From Oikopleura dioica (taxonomy: Eukaryota > Animalia > Chordata), in NCBI GenBank assembly GCA_907165135.1, contig OU015566.1, positions 2,976,001-3,040,000 on the forward strand: a DNA stretch of 64,000 nt. The letters are read 5' to 3'. Below, in pieces: positions 25,066-37,872 of the stretch. A program made the translations under genes and the position numbers. The notes under the pieces were generated by a model. The model had not been told where the DNA came from. It did no database searches and saw nothing but the letters and a program-made list of their open reading frames with translations. Every line of letters begins with the position of its first letter. Position 1 is the first letter of the stretch.

Positions 25066-25844
25066 AAAATGACTTTTAATTCGCGGTTTGGGTCACTCTG
25101 ACTGATAATAGTCTTTCTTGTTGACAAAAAATAAGAAGGTCATTTTATAAATTCTTCAAGAAAATTAGCTACAGACTCGTTGATTAAATTAAATTTAATC
25201 AGCAAAGTCGAGTAGTCTTTCGATATTGGTTTTTGCCCAAAAACAGTAAAGTGTCTTTAACGCATTTTTTCTGCGGTAGACTTTTTCTCCCTCAATGATG
25301 CGTAATTTGCGGCTACGTCCCGACAACACCTACTGCCCCGCCGCGATGCGTCTGAGGCCCTTTTCTTTCCTCCCCGCCGTGAAATCGGCCTCGGTTTTTC
25401 AATAAACTCGACAAGACAACAAATCTTTTCTGAGAGGAAATTCGAGGTTAACTGCTTTGACCGAGCCCATTGTTTTTTATCGAAGAGTCTGAGATTTTCT
25501 TGCAACGATTTTTTTTAAGAATTTATCAATTTTTGCCTTGTTTTTTTTACATAAATCCTCGGAAAAAATCTCACTTTCATGAGAGCCTACATATAGACAG
25601 GTTTAAAAGCAGGTGCGAAACCCGCATAACACGTGAATTTCTAACCGTGGGATCATCACTTGAAAAATTAATTGCTACTGCGATGTGCTTCCGAAACTCA
25701 AGATTAATTCATTTATTAAAACATGAAACTCGATCCGTTAGAATAACCCTTTGAATCCTCAGGGATCATTTTCTTCCGCCCTGACAGGGTTAAAATGATT
25801 AATCTTTCAACCCTCCCGGCTTCAAGTAATCAGATGGTCTTTTC

Positions 25845-26628
25845 GAGGCTCAGTCACCTGTGTAGAAAACCTGACTCAGGTTCTTAAGAGCTTAAATTAC
25901 TTAATAGTAAGAGCCGCGTAGCGGCTTTTCCAAAAGAAGCCGCAAAGCGGCTTTCCATAAAAGTTCGTCCGAACCTGACTCAGATTTTTACACAGGTTGC
26001 CGATCCTAAGCCTGACTCAGGGTTCCGTTTTTCAGAAAAATCCATTTGAATATTCAATGAAAAACATAAAGATGTTAATAGTTCTTGTTCCTAACAAGAT
26101 CAAAGTGTTTATTTTTTTCATTGTAGCTCCCATTTAATTAAATTTGCGTCAGATAATTGCCCATTTAGCTCGTTAATTTATTTATTAATCAGATAAAGTA
26201 GCTGTATCTACATAAAACCAATCTTCATACATTTTTAATTGCAAAACCCTGTTCAATCAGAACTTTGTCATTGGAAAAATGCTGTTTCTTAACACCTTCA
26301 CTTAGTCTTGTCAGATCGATATTTCCTATTAGCGAAAAGAGCCTGGAAAAAAAAGTTAATTTAATTCATCTTTCCTCGAGCAAATCAAGTTTTTATCTCC
26401 CCTGTCACCCGGGACAGCTACTCAAGCTCACTGGTAATAAGCTAGGGTCGGCAAATTGCGTGAAAAACCTGACTCAGGGTCCGAAAAAGCCCTGAGAACC
26501 TGACTCAGGTTCGATTTTCGAAAACAGGTTGGAAAAGTAATATTGCGAAGCCTCTAAGCAGCTTTTTTTTCATGGAAGCTCTTTCAGAACCTGACTCAGG
26601 TTCTCAACACAGGTTCTCGAGCTCAGGG
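25845..26628. repeat. Cluster of CCTGACTCAGG-family palindromic repeats
   Basis: Exact CCTGACTCAGG at 25870, 26011, 26468, 26499 and 26590, with CCTGTGT/ACACAGG inverted arms. Confidence 0.75.
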
Positions 26629-28014
26629 AAAAAAAATTACCTCCAGCTGACGTTTTCTTCTTCACATTTCTAATCTCTTTTTCCACTGACCCGACCCAAA
26701 CCGTCAAGACATTTTCTTCATTCATTCTTATTATCTTTGTTCTTTATTTCTCAATTTTGAAAAAGATATTCTTTCCAAAAACTATTTTTCTATTGAGAAA
26801 AGCTCGGAGAAACCCTTCCGCCGTGGTAGTTTTTCACGCTGAAGAGGGCGCTCCCGCGCGCACACGCTTTTAATTTTGCTCCTCTTTTTTCCGTTTTGCG
26901 GTTTCAAGTCTTGATTGAGTTTATTTTGCTGATTGACGCGATGCATCATCGGGAGATGTTCGCCCAAGTACAGTTATTTTGCCACTAAAGCGCTTTTTTG
27001 GCTAGTTTTTCTGCAGAATTCCAAAAACTCTTGTCCAAAAACTTGAACAACCCTTTTTTGTCATAACGGTGCTTCTGAGTCTCCTCCACGCCAAGACTTG
27101 TCACAAGTTTGACAACGTTCCTTTCTCCGTGGTCAGAATTCTGACTCTCAATTTCAATAATCGACAGTCCAAAATTATTATCCAGGGACCATTTTTTTCA
27201 ATCAATAAAAAAGAAGAAAAACCGATTTGTTTTGCGTCAGTCTAACGTGCAAAATAAACAAACCATCCGTCAACTTGAGCTGCTTTTTGGAATAAGAAAA
27301 AAAGGGATTACATAACAATTTATTTCAAACTCAATCTTTGAGATGCCTTTTCAGCTCAGAAAATTCGTAATTCCTGAAATATTCGAATAAACCAGCAAAG
27401 TCACCGTGTCAAGAAACGGTTTTAGAATGCTGACTCTATTTTAATTGACCGTTCTTGGGCAAAAATTCGGATGATCCCGGATCACGATTATTTAATCCCA
27501 ATTAAATAATGCGGCACAGCTGCAGTTCATTCTTCATTAATCATTTTTTTTTCTTCGAGAAAATGAACTTGACAACTGCTCAATGGACACAAAATCCGGC
27601 GAATGAATTTCTTGCTTTTACAGTAAAAAGAAGAGGTTTTATAAAAATGCAGATTTATCATAAACAGCTCTTGAGACAATTTTAGATTAGCGTGAAACGC
27701 AACGTGGCGCATCACTACGCCGCCGCGGATTAAACCAGGAAGTTATTATTTTTACCGTCTTAAAATAGAGTCAAGCAATTTTCAAAACATTCGTTTTTCC
27801 CAATAACTAGTTCGCAAAAGCCGTTGAACTGTCGCTCACGGGAAAAGAAACCTTGTTGATTGCAAATTTAAGGAATTTAAATTCAAAGCCCTGCTAACGA
27901 CATTCAATAAAAGGCGGAATTCTTCTTCCTCTAAAAGATAAAGAAATTCTTTAAATCAATCTTTTTTGACCATATTTATTCAGTAAAACACAGTCAAAAC
28001 AACGCAATATCCTT

Positions 28015-29251
28015 CTATCGCTGTCTTCGGTTCGCCACCTTGTTTCCAGTCGGTTTTCCCTTTCTCGATTTGCCATCTGCTTTGAAGTTGCGCTTCTGAA
28101 CCTTGCCTCCTGCTTTTCTCTTCTCCAAATTAAGTACTTTATCCGCGGCGGAGTTTTTGTTGAATTTCGGGTTTTTCGCTGACATCAGGTCAAGGATCTG
28201 TTTCTGCTCCGCCTGAAATGAAAATAAGTATCGCTTTATCTGTATTTTTTTATTTTAAAAGGGAGCTATGAGCACTTACCTCGGCGTCCTTGGAAAAGAG
28301 CGCGTTGTACTTCTTCTTTCCTCCAATTTTTTCCTTCTTTTCGCCTTCAACTGCCTTGTCGAAATTGCCCAAACTGGCCGTACTGTACTTTGCCTTCCTA
28401 AACGAGTCCCGGAGCTCGTCCTTGTCTTGCTGCTTTTTCGCGTTGTTCATTCCTCTCTGTCGCGCTAGAATCGAGAATTCAATCGGCATATATCATGAGC
28501 ATTTTTACCGATGTTTTTGAGCCGGGCATGCTCGTTTTTGGCGACTCGTTCTTTCTTTTCCGCCTTTTCTTTTTCCCAAGGATCGACATTTGGGTCCTCG
28601 TGGGGCTTGATTTCTCGGATCCAGTCTTTCGACTCGTCGTTTTTGTTCAATTGCTAGAATTTCAATAAAACATCGAATTGAAAATCAATTTCTTACCGAG
28701 GCTTTTTCAGCTCTCATGTATCCCCATCTCGGTTTCCAGGAGTTTGTGATTTCGCACCAGACCATTCTCGACTTCTTTTTCTTCGGGTTGATTCCTTCAA
28801 AATTGATCATTAGTCCACGACTCTAAAAGACTAAACGCACCTTTCAACGTCGCATAAGCTTCCCACTTCGTCTGAGCGGCCTTCTTCGGCACTGGTTTCT
28901 CACGTGGTTGGATGAACACATCATCGTACTTTTTATCTGGCAGTTCTGTTACGATCGAGTCGTTCACAACTAAAAAATCAGTAAAATCAACGAGGAGAAG
29001 TGGCTATTATACCTTCAGTTTCAAGCCCATCGCCCTTGAAAATCTGGTTGATGAGCAATTGAGCGTTGTCGCGGGCAAGGTCTTTGAGGTACTCGTTGGA
29101 TTTGCCCGTCAACTCGTTTGTATCGAAAATAAGCAGGTCTTTCAGATCAAACTGCGGCTCTAGAAATGTGTAAAAAAGGGAGGGGGAGTTCATTCTCACC
29201 AAGGACTTTTTCGACCTCGACTGTGACGGCTCCGACTTTTTCAACTTCCAT
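28015..29251 (-). CDS. RRS1: Ribosome biogenesis regulatory protein
   Basis: QFDLKDLLIFD, LARDNAQLLINQIF, PREKPVPK, TKWEAYATLKG, WKPRWGY, KKERVAKNEHARLKN, STASLGNF. Confidence 0.93.
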
Positions 29252-29327
29252 TCTTGAGACAAGTAAACGTTAAAAAATCGAAAAAGACGACATTTTTATA
29301 AGGAAAGGGAAAAATACAGAACAGTCA

Positions 29328-30261
29328 TCACTTTTTCTTCTTTTTGCTAACTGGAGATGTTCCCAAGAGCTCATGTCTTTTTGCCTCCGCGGTTTTACTT
29401 AAAAAGGTTTAATTGCTTTCTTCTAGAAAACAACTTTACCTTAGTGTGAACGCAGCTTTATCCACCATCCCTTCAAGTGTCAAAATCACATGAGCCCCCA
29501 AACTCTTCGCTGCCCATTCATCTTCCAAATCCTCCGAATACTGCTCACTTTTTTCTGCTCCTTCCATCGCTTTCAAGTACTGGGAGGATTTGACCTTCAA
29601 CATCTTTTGAGAGAAGGATTGTTCGATGGAGTCGACGTTTTTGACAAGCTTTTTACGCGAAGCAGCTGTTGTTGGGGGAATTTTGATCGTGATAACTTCG
29701 TTTTGAGATGTAGCGATGAGGTTTGCTTTCTGGCATGCTAGAAATTCAGTCAGCTGTTGATTACTGCATTCTTTTACCTTGAGTGATCGGCTGAACAAGC
29801 TCAGGACAGCCAGCAACAGAAGCTTTCACCATGCTCCGACTAACAGCCAAAGTCGCCAAATCTTCCAAGCAAAAAGGTCGCCATCGTAAAGCACATTCAG
29901 CTGTCCAACGGTCTCTGCCTCTAAAACGCTCTTTCTCCACTCCTATCAACTTCAAAATCACCTCAAAGCCGGGCTTGATCGCGTTCAAATGGCCCAGCGA
30001 ATCGTCAAGAAGCGTTTCGACGATTTCCTCAACGGCGAAAAAGTCGATGAAATCAACATCATCAAAGTCAGATTCTTGAAAAGCGGAAACGACGAATTTC
30101 TGAGCAGAGCTACGTCCTCGTTCTTTGGGCCCTTCGAGGAAGCGTTGGTTCTTGTTTTTCTTGATATCGATGTTTTCAAGCTTCAAGTAATCAGGAAGAG
30201 CAAGAGCGGCGCTAGAATTGACAAAGGCTCTTTTGATGCCTGATATCGACGTCCGTAACAT
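29328..30261 (-). CDS. MRRF: Mitochondrial ribosome recycling factor (divergent)
   Basis: Transit-peptide-like MLRTSISGIKRAF; ITIKIPPTTAASRKKLVK; C-terminal RHELLG, similar to the RRF KELLG end. Confidence 0.65.
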
Positions 30262-30408
30262 TTTCTAATAATACCGGCTTGACTTTTTCTTTGATCAAAA
30301 TCCATCGTGTTTATTTTTAGATTTGGGCAGTGAAGAAAAATTAAAAGAATTGTGGCCTAAAGAGATTGAACTTAAAGTTTCAGTGTGAACATAAATTTGT
30401 CTATTATT

Positions 30409-33400
30409 TCAAAATCGCCCGTGATTGTCTTCCAGCAGTCCTTTTTCGATGATGCCAAGATCTTCGAATGCTACCTTCATCTTGTCCACCATATGCTGGA
30501 TTCCCTTCTGCTGGTCCTAAAGAAAAATAGATAGAGGGCCGGGGAAGAGAAACTTACCCCAAGATGTTTTTGAATAGCCTTCATAGTTCCTTCATCAAAG
30601 TTGGCGTTGACATTTTCAAAGTGGGGCCGATGATCACCTTCGTACTGCATCCGGATCGAAGACAGAAGCTCATTCAGTCGTCCTAAAAGGAGGGATGAGA
30701 TCAAGGAGGAAGCATTTTTTAACAAATAATGAATAGATATTGAGTTTAGACCGGAAGTAGAGGTGAAAAATGACAATAAATACTTGCTCCGAGCATAGTA
30801 TATTGTCAGAATAAAAATGCCTGAATTAGATTTTGGAAAAATCGTCGACGAGTTTGTCGAGCACACCAAGAAAGTAGGAAAAAAGGACTGGGAACAGCTC
30901 TTTGCGCTTTTCGAACGAGGTTTGATAAGAGAGAATTTCATACATTTGTTATTATATATTTTGAAGAGGCTGAAGAGAAAAAATATCCTCTCGATACAAG
31001 AAAACGTGACTTGTTTGAATTCATGGACTATCTAATGACTACTGGACTCGAGAAAATGGCTGCCATTGTGGATGTTGCCGATATGCATGTTTTCAAGCAA
31101 GAGAACGGGGAGCTGTCCGAAGCTTTCAAATCACTGTATCGGGAATATGAAAATGTTTAAAGCCTTTCATCTCTCACCATTGACAAAATAAATCAATAAA
31201 GAGCCAAGATGTTACCTCTGAATTGCTGCGGAGCGCGAATTTGATTGTTGAGCGCTTCCAGCTGGGCTCTCAGCTGCTCTTCTTCTGTTTGAATCGCCAT
31301 ACCCGACTTTCGTTGCACTTCTTGAGCGATGATCACTTCGAGGATCTTGTGGGAGAGCTCGAGGAGTTTCCGTTTGCGTTCTTGAATCTTTGACTTTGTA
31401 TTTGCCTGCCGCTCCTTTGAAGAAAGATAAGACGATGTTAAACAAGGGAAATAGTACCTGGGCTTCACGAATTTCCTTCTTGAGCATGTCGCATCGATTT
31501 TCATGCGCTTGAGTCATTTCTTCCTGCAGTTTTAGCCGTCCATTCAGCGCTTGAAACCCTAGGGAAGCCCTTTCATCACTTGAAAACGAGGCTTAAATTA
31601 CCGAGAATAGGAACAGGAATCATTTTCTTCGGGTCGGGATTGTTCGCCACTGCTTGCTTCCAAATCACTGGGTCAATACAGGCAGGAGGTTTGTCGCAAA
31701 TCTGCTTGATAGTCTCTTCTGATAATGTCGTTCTTACTGTAATTTCTTCCAGCGCAAGTGCGGTTGTCAATTGCGATTTGATATTCTAGGGGATTTTTAA
31801 CGATAGTTTTTGGGTAAAAATACCTGTTGATTGAGCCCATTTGACAATTCCGAAGCGCCAAGCACTCGTGATGTTCCATCGTTGTTCTGCACCTTGACAA
31901 ATACAGTAGCTTCTGTTTTTTCGCTCTCGATTGCGCGCAAGCCTTCGACTTGTACTGAAATCGCTGGATTCTTTCCCATCGCGTTGTGGATTGCATCAGA
32001 TACAGTCGACTTTTCGACGCCCCCAGGACCGAGTTTTTTCTTCAGCGTCAGAATCACAAGACCGTCTATGGAAATAACTGAATCATTGCATCAAAAAATC
32101 ACTGTACCGGAATCTTTCGCAGTCGGTAGGGAAGCATATCCAACATTTTTAAAGCAGCAGAAGTGATTGTTTGGCTTGAGTTCGACCGCTTCTCCACTCT
32201 TTGAATAGAAAGCTTTTCCAGCGCCCCAATTTGCCTGGACCGTGTTGAATTTACCGATGATTTGGTCTCGCTCGTCGCCGAAAAGTTGAGGCTGGGACAA
32301 GGCTTTGGCAGTGAGGAGGAGCTGGTTGGATGGCTGGCCTTGTTGGTTCTGATTCTGGTTGTTCTAAAATAGCACTTGGTGAACTCGTGATACTCTCTTT
32401 CTATCTGGTATCCGATAGCCAGCAGGAAAAGGAGACATGTGTAAATGAACAAATGTCAAAAAAGCCCCGCTCAGAATCATTTCTTATCGATCAGAAAAGC
32501 TCGACAAATATCCCTGCAACTGCGCAATCAACAAATAATCTACCCTTATAAACAACAAATCAGAATGTCAATGAAAAAAGAATCCAAGATGCCCGAGGAA
32601 AATGAACCCGGTGAAGATATAACGATAGTCGTCAACGAAAAGCCAGAAGAGGGAAAGAACGAGAAAAATGACCTAGAGCTTTCGCATTCCGATGACTCCA
32701 TCAATAAAGATACCTATGAGCCGGAAATTGTGGAAAACTATCAAGAAGTGAAAGATTTAAACGGCAGACGCTTGGTAAAACTTCCAATAAAGTCAATTCT
32801 TGAAAAAAATTTTAGTTGAAGATTGGAGCTTTGGTATTTTTGCTCATAAGCATTATAGTAATTTCCGTTACCGTTCCACTTGTCCTTCTTGCCCCGACCA
32901 CAGAACCAATAAGCGAACTAAGTTCAACGACATCATCCCTATTAATTGAAACAACCACAACAGCACAGATAACCAACATAACAACGACAAGCCAGTCAAA
33001 GTCTGAACTCACAACCACAATGACTAACAATGCGGAGAAACAGACCTCAACTAAACCAGTAATTTCAACTTCACGAAACGTCTCCACATCGTCTTCGATA
33101 ACAAACAGTACAGTGATCTCTGCGCCAACATCATCTGCCGCTTCTACTTCAACAACTTGTCCAAAAACTGCGTTGACAACTACTTCAACGACTAATTCAA
33201 CGACTACTTCAACGACTACTTCAACGACTACTTCAACCACTACTCCAACGACTACATCAATATTTACAAAAACGACTACGTCAACAACAACATCAACCAC
33301 AACAATAAGAGTCATTGAAGATGATAAAGAGTGTCTCGGTATTGATGAGCTTTTACAACTAGGTGGTATTTGTCGATTGAACATAGGCTATCCGATTAAG

Positions 33401-35544
33401 CCTTGTAATAAATATGACAAAGGTAGAATATTTCTCAGCCCAAAAAATTAAAAATTAAGGATGTTATCATCTCGACGGAACTTGCGTAAAATCACTCTAT
33501 ATGGACATGAGTTTATGCGCTGAACTGCTAAATTGGGAATTTTGTGAAGAAGAGCAATCAGAAGACCCAGATTATATTTATGAGCTCTGTAACCCACCTG
33601 AAAAATAAACAAAAAAATCTTACTCTTGATAAAATGATCAAGAAGATGCACAAACTTTATCTCTTGAACTCTTTGATAGAAAAGTGCCGCCGAAGAAGTC
33701 ACTTGACAGTACTGTCAAAAATGCTGTCTTCAAACATATCTGTATAAACAGAAAGAACTGTTTTTCGAATACAGTTTTTGCATCTTCAAATCAAATGTCT
33801 GAAGAAAGAAGTAAAACAGGTTTTTTTTAAGTGTGCCCAAAAATGGTGGAGCGTTTTTGAAGGTGTTAGAGTCGAGATATTTCAATTCTCTCTTTTGCAC
33901 CTTGTTGGGGAGGGTCTGTAGTGTGTTAAATAAGCTTTTGGTGATATTTGCACCAGTGGAGGTGGAGTTATGACGTCACAAAGTTGAAGGCCCCCTTTTA
34001 TAATGCATTTTTATGACGTCATAACTCCACCACCAGAATAGATATTGACACCAACTCTATCTCAAATGAGTAAACTAATACCCGGCTACATTCTGCAAGT
34101 TACAGATTGTAATAATATTAACCCAATCAAAAGATACGAAAATTCTCGGGCACACTTAGAAAAAACCTGTTTAACTCCGCATCGAGAGATAGTCTTTATG
34201 ATGAATTTCAAGAAGTAAAAGAGCCAAGAGCTAAACCATGGGTGAGTTAAACTACTGATGAGATTTAACTACATAAGATTTGAGGTTATTTTCCTAAGTG
34301 TTTGTTTTGTTCTTACTTGCCTCATCACCGCTATCACGATTCCAATTACTATCTCTCCAGCTACTAAGCCGGAATCTACATCAGAAACGCCAGTCCATTC
34401 GACCATGACAACGAGCTCAACAGTAAAATCAACGACATCTTCAACAACAACATCGACGACAACTTTCCAAATTTCTTCTCATACGACAAAAACTACAACA
34501 TCCCCCACAATAATTTTTACGACAATACCAACGACAATGGACGCTCCAACTACTCAGTTGACTACAACAAGGCCTTTCTTAACTTCTTTTCAAACAACAA
34601 CAACAAGAGCAGTCGATAACACTGCCGAGTGCGATGATATCAGTCATTTACTTGATCGAGGGATATGTTATTTCGACAAGCATTATCCAGTCAAGCATTG
34701 TGACAAGAACGATTTAGGTAGTAGTTTTTAATCGAGCTATTTTTTTTAAATTAAGGCTGCTATAAAATTGGTGAAAAATGCCTGAAATCATTGTACTTGG
34801 ATTGGACGCTATGCGTTGATTATCTAGGATGGGAGAATTGCGAAAATGATGAAACTGAAGAGCCGGAACTTATTTCTGAGTGCTGTTTGAACCACGACTG
34901 TACTGATAATTGAAAATAAAACGTACTTGATTATTATTTGAAAAAGCAGACGCTCCAAAAGAACTCGTGTTTCCAAAAAGTCCTCCTGTCGTCCCAGTCG
35001 TCGATTTATTACCAAAGAGTCCACCACCGCTACTCGACGTTGTCGTATTTCCAAAAAGACCGCCTCCAGTTGAAGTCGAAGTATTTCCGAACAAACCTCC
35101 TCCAGAAGAAGAGGTAGTCGTGTTTCCAAAGAGACTTCCGCCGGTTGAATTCTTATTGCCAAAAAGACCGCCGCTTGACGACGAGCTTGTAGTTGTGTTG
35201 CCAAATAAGCTGCCTCCAGTTGACGTACCAAAAGTAGAACCGCCTGAAAATTAAAGTTTATTACTCTATTCTCTTTGATTTCGGCCTGCAACCTTCAGGG
35301 TCTTTCTTTCTCTTGATAAGCATTTTTCAAAAGAAGAAGGAAACGATCTGTCTCTCGTAAAAGAATGAGAATCATCTCAAGAGAAATCTAGAAGGCGGAA
35401 TAGATCTAGAGATCGGGTACCTGTAGAAGAAGTGGCTGTGTTTCCAAAGAGACTTCCACCTGTTTTATTATTCGAATTCCCGAAGGTAGATGTCGTCCCA
35501 AATGAGGAGGTGCTATTTGACGTATTTCCGAAGCTAAACGTCAT
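30409..35544 (-). CDS. NUP54: Nucleoporin Nup54
   Basis: N-terminal GGLFG repeats; PQLFGDERDQIIGKFNTVQANWG, PPACIDPVIWKQA..NPDPKKMIPVPILG, QRKSGMAIQTEEEQLR, GRLNELLSSIRMQ. Introns 32364-34926 and ~30684-31213 join in frame. Confidence 0.95.
30817..31160 (+). CDS. Small (~98 aa) uncharacterised gene nested antisense in a NUP54 intron
   Basis: ATG at 30817; a 47-bp GT-AG intron 30920-30966 joins two open frames (…LFER|EAEEKKYPLDTRKRDLFEFMDYL…); TAA at 31158. Confidence 0.6.
32565..33608 (+). CDS. Thr-rich/Cys-domain type II membrane protein (paralogue B), nested in a NUP54 intron
   Basis: 41-bp intron 32775-32815 is in frame; TM IGALVFLLISIIVISVTVPLVLL; ECLGIDELLQLGGICRLNIGYPIKPC|GCYHLDGTCVKSLY..C...CEEEQSEDPDYIYELC. 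Confidence 0.8.
33850..34050. repeat. Fragment of the foldback family seen at 7314-7808
   Basis: Shares GTCGAGATATTT..TCTCTTTTGCA..GTGTGTTAAATAAGCTTTTGGTG; perfect 18-bp inverted repeat GGTGGAGTTATGACGTCA (33961-33978 / 34014-34031). Confidence 0.65.
34066..34913 (+). CDS. Thr-rich/Cys-domain type II membrane protein (paralogue C), nested in a NUP54 intron
   Basis: TM VIFLSVCFVLTCLITAITIP; ECDDISHLLDRGICYFDKHYPVKHC|GCYKIGEKCLKSLY..C...CENDETEEPELISECC. Start uncertain. Confidence 0.75.
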
Positions 35545-35668
35545 TTTCTACAAAAGACTTCGGTAAGAATTTGGAGAGGAGAGTTGCTTGAAAATGTGGG
35601 CAGGATTTATTGAGAGCACAATTGTCAATTTATCTAAGAATTCAAACTAAGAATCGGTTATTTTTCAA

Positions 35669-37230
35669 TTATTCTTGCTTGAGGACACATTCAGACGGAG
35701 TTACAACGATGTCATTCCAGATTGAGATTTGTGAGTCTGAAATATATTCAATTTTTCAACCGAAGTCAAGGAAGACTTTCTTGCCTAAATTGGAAGTATT
35801 TTCTAGGCCAAGAACAGCCCTGTGGCCGCCATTGCACCAGACTCGGAGGAGCGTTTGAGCCGTCGTGCAGACCATGTCCATGTCGTTTGGCGACCAGTCC
35901 TGGTGGACGCGGTATCCGGCCTCAGTAGGATCAGTTAGACCGACAGAGTGCGGTAGGAAGATTCCAGAAGCGAGAAGTTGTAGAAGTCGACGCATGACCT
36001 GAAATATTGTCAATTTGTTATGACCAATTTTTTTCACCTTTTGAGGCGATAAGCGGCCAGTTTCCTCTTGCTTCGGGTTGTTCATTATACAGTGCGCGAC
36101 GAGCAGATCGGCGACCCAGACATTCAGTGAGCTAAAAGAAGATATTCGTTTGATCGGATAATTTTCATTCAAACCTGAAGCCAGGGAATCGTTGACGCAA
36201 GTCGCGGAAAATACGAGTCAAAAGAGGAGCCTGAGACTCGTTAGGAGGAACGACTTGGATGGTGGAGGAGTACCATTGAGTGTGCTTGATGGCTCTTTGA
36301 GCGAGCTGACAGAATTCAGGGGAGATGTGAGTTCCTGAATATTGAATTGAAGAAAAGCTCAAGGAAGATAACTTTTAACAGCTATTTAATGAAAAGAATT
36401 CAGACCTGGACATAGCTCTGGAAGCCTTTCAAACGGAATCGTCAGCCAAACTGCGACAGTAGTCGTTTCCTTCTTCGTAATATCGAATCCGTAATCAGTA
36501 CTGTTCAATAAATACTCGCTGCAACTCGGGTCTGTTTCCTTCATCTTATTCATCACTTTACGACTCACTTGTCCGATTGTTTCGTGTGTTGGTAGGGTGG
36601 AAATGATCATGGCAAGGTCAACCCTTTTGTTGTTTTTGAGAAGACAGTTACGCGTGTAAGAACCGATTGTGTGGAATTCCAGGATTTGAAAGTTCTCTGG
36701 CTGGTCCATATCTCCAGTCATGAAGTCACTCGGCGCGTTCGTTTGCTAAACATTATCGTGTCAAGTCTTTTAGACGTTTAGGGCTATCTCAGATAGCCTA
36801 TCTGTAATGATCTACAGACATCCAGGGACTAGAAATCTACCTAGAAATGTACCTGAACAGCAGCGATTCCCGCTACAATTTTATCATGAAGCTCTTTCAG
36901 CGCCAGATAGTCATTTTCATCCGGTCGGATCATGTAATCCCGCTCCTCCAGTGCTTTAAAAATATCGTCTTCGTCCAAATCTGGGCGGATTCTGAACTCG
37001 ATTCGTTTCAATTCCCTTTCCCTGCAAACTCACCTTGGGAAAGACTTTTCACAAATGACGAAATCAAACGGTACATGTGGAACAAACTGTTGTGGCATGG
37101 GCGGTCTTGGAGCTCCCATGGGCCCTCTTGGGCCGTGACCTCCTCGCCAGTTTCCTCGCCATTGCCCTCGACCACGGTAGCCTCCCCGACCACGCGGGCG
37201 ATATCCTCCTCGATTCTGATAATACGACAT
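35669..37230 (-). CDS. ILF2: Interleukin enhancer-binding factor 2 (NF45)
   Basis: RGG N-terminus; FVPHVPFDFVICEKSFPR, IGSY, RDLRQRFPGF, LLQLLASGIFLPHSVGLTDP, DMVCTTAQTLLR, SIWNDIVVTPSE. Confidence 0.95.
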
Positions 37231-37872
37231 TCTAGACGCGCTGATTTTAGCTTCCATCGTTACATAATTGGCAGTTTGTTACAGAAAAATCAAACAGAAA
37301 CGCATAAATCAGCTACCAGTCGTAGTCAAGCAGCGTTCCGCGTTTCTTCTTCGAGTTTTCAAATTGTTCGTTTGGTTTGCCGCGTTTGAGGGATGAATAT
37401 CCTGAAGAACGATCATTCTAGCGCCCGAGTGAGGATATCGTTACCTTTTCTTGCAAGTTGTTTGGCGATAACGATAGCATTCGCTGTGTAAGAATCAGCA
37501 ATTTCCTTCGCTTCCATTTCATCCTCGTCTTCGTCGATTGTCGAGATCGTGACGGTTCCGAATTTTCCAAGATCTAGCATAGTTCATGAGTTTTTGAAAG
37601 GAAAATGAGAAGGGATCACCTTTGATTTCTCGTTTCAACTTCGTTTCGACCTTTTCTCCAGCGACATTCACGTGCTTCTCGCTGCTTTCTAGCGAGTCCG
37701 GGTAGAGAAACATAGGACCACCTGAATGAAACTATAATTTTTACACCTTCAGAGAGGTTGTTTTTACCTTCCGTATGAGCATAAAGTATAGGCAGCTCAC
37801 ACCGTTTACAAAGATGTCTCGTTCTCTCTTCGTATCCATCTTTCCACTTGATATAAATTGATTTATTCTGAG

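Noticed and set aside
34967-35254. Plus-strand Pro/Val/Lys repeat ORF
   Set aside because: Antisense reading of the NUP54 GGLFG repeats.
36745-36855. Palindrome GGCTATCT-N-AGATAGCC in an ILF2 intron as a snoRNA
   Set aside because: No convincing C/D or H/ACA boxes; it may be a small repeat remnant.
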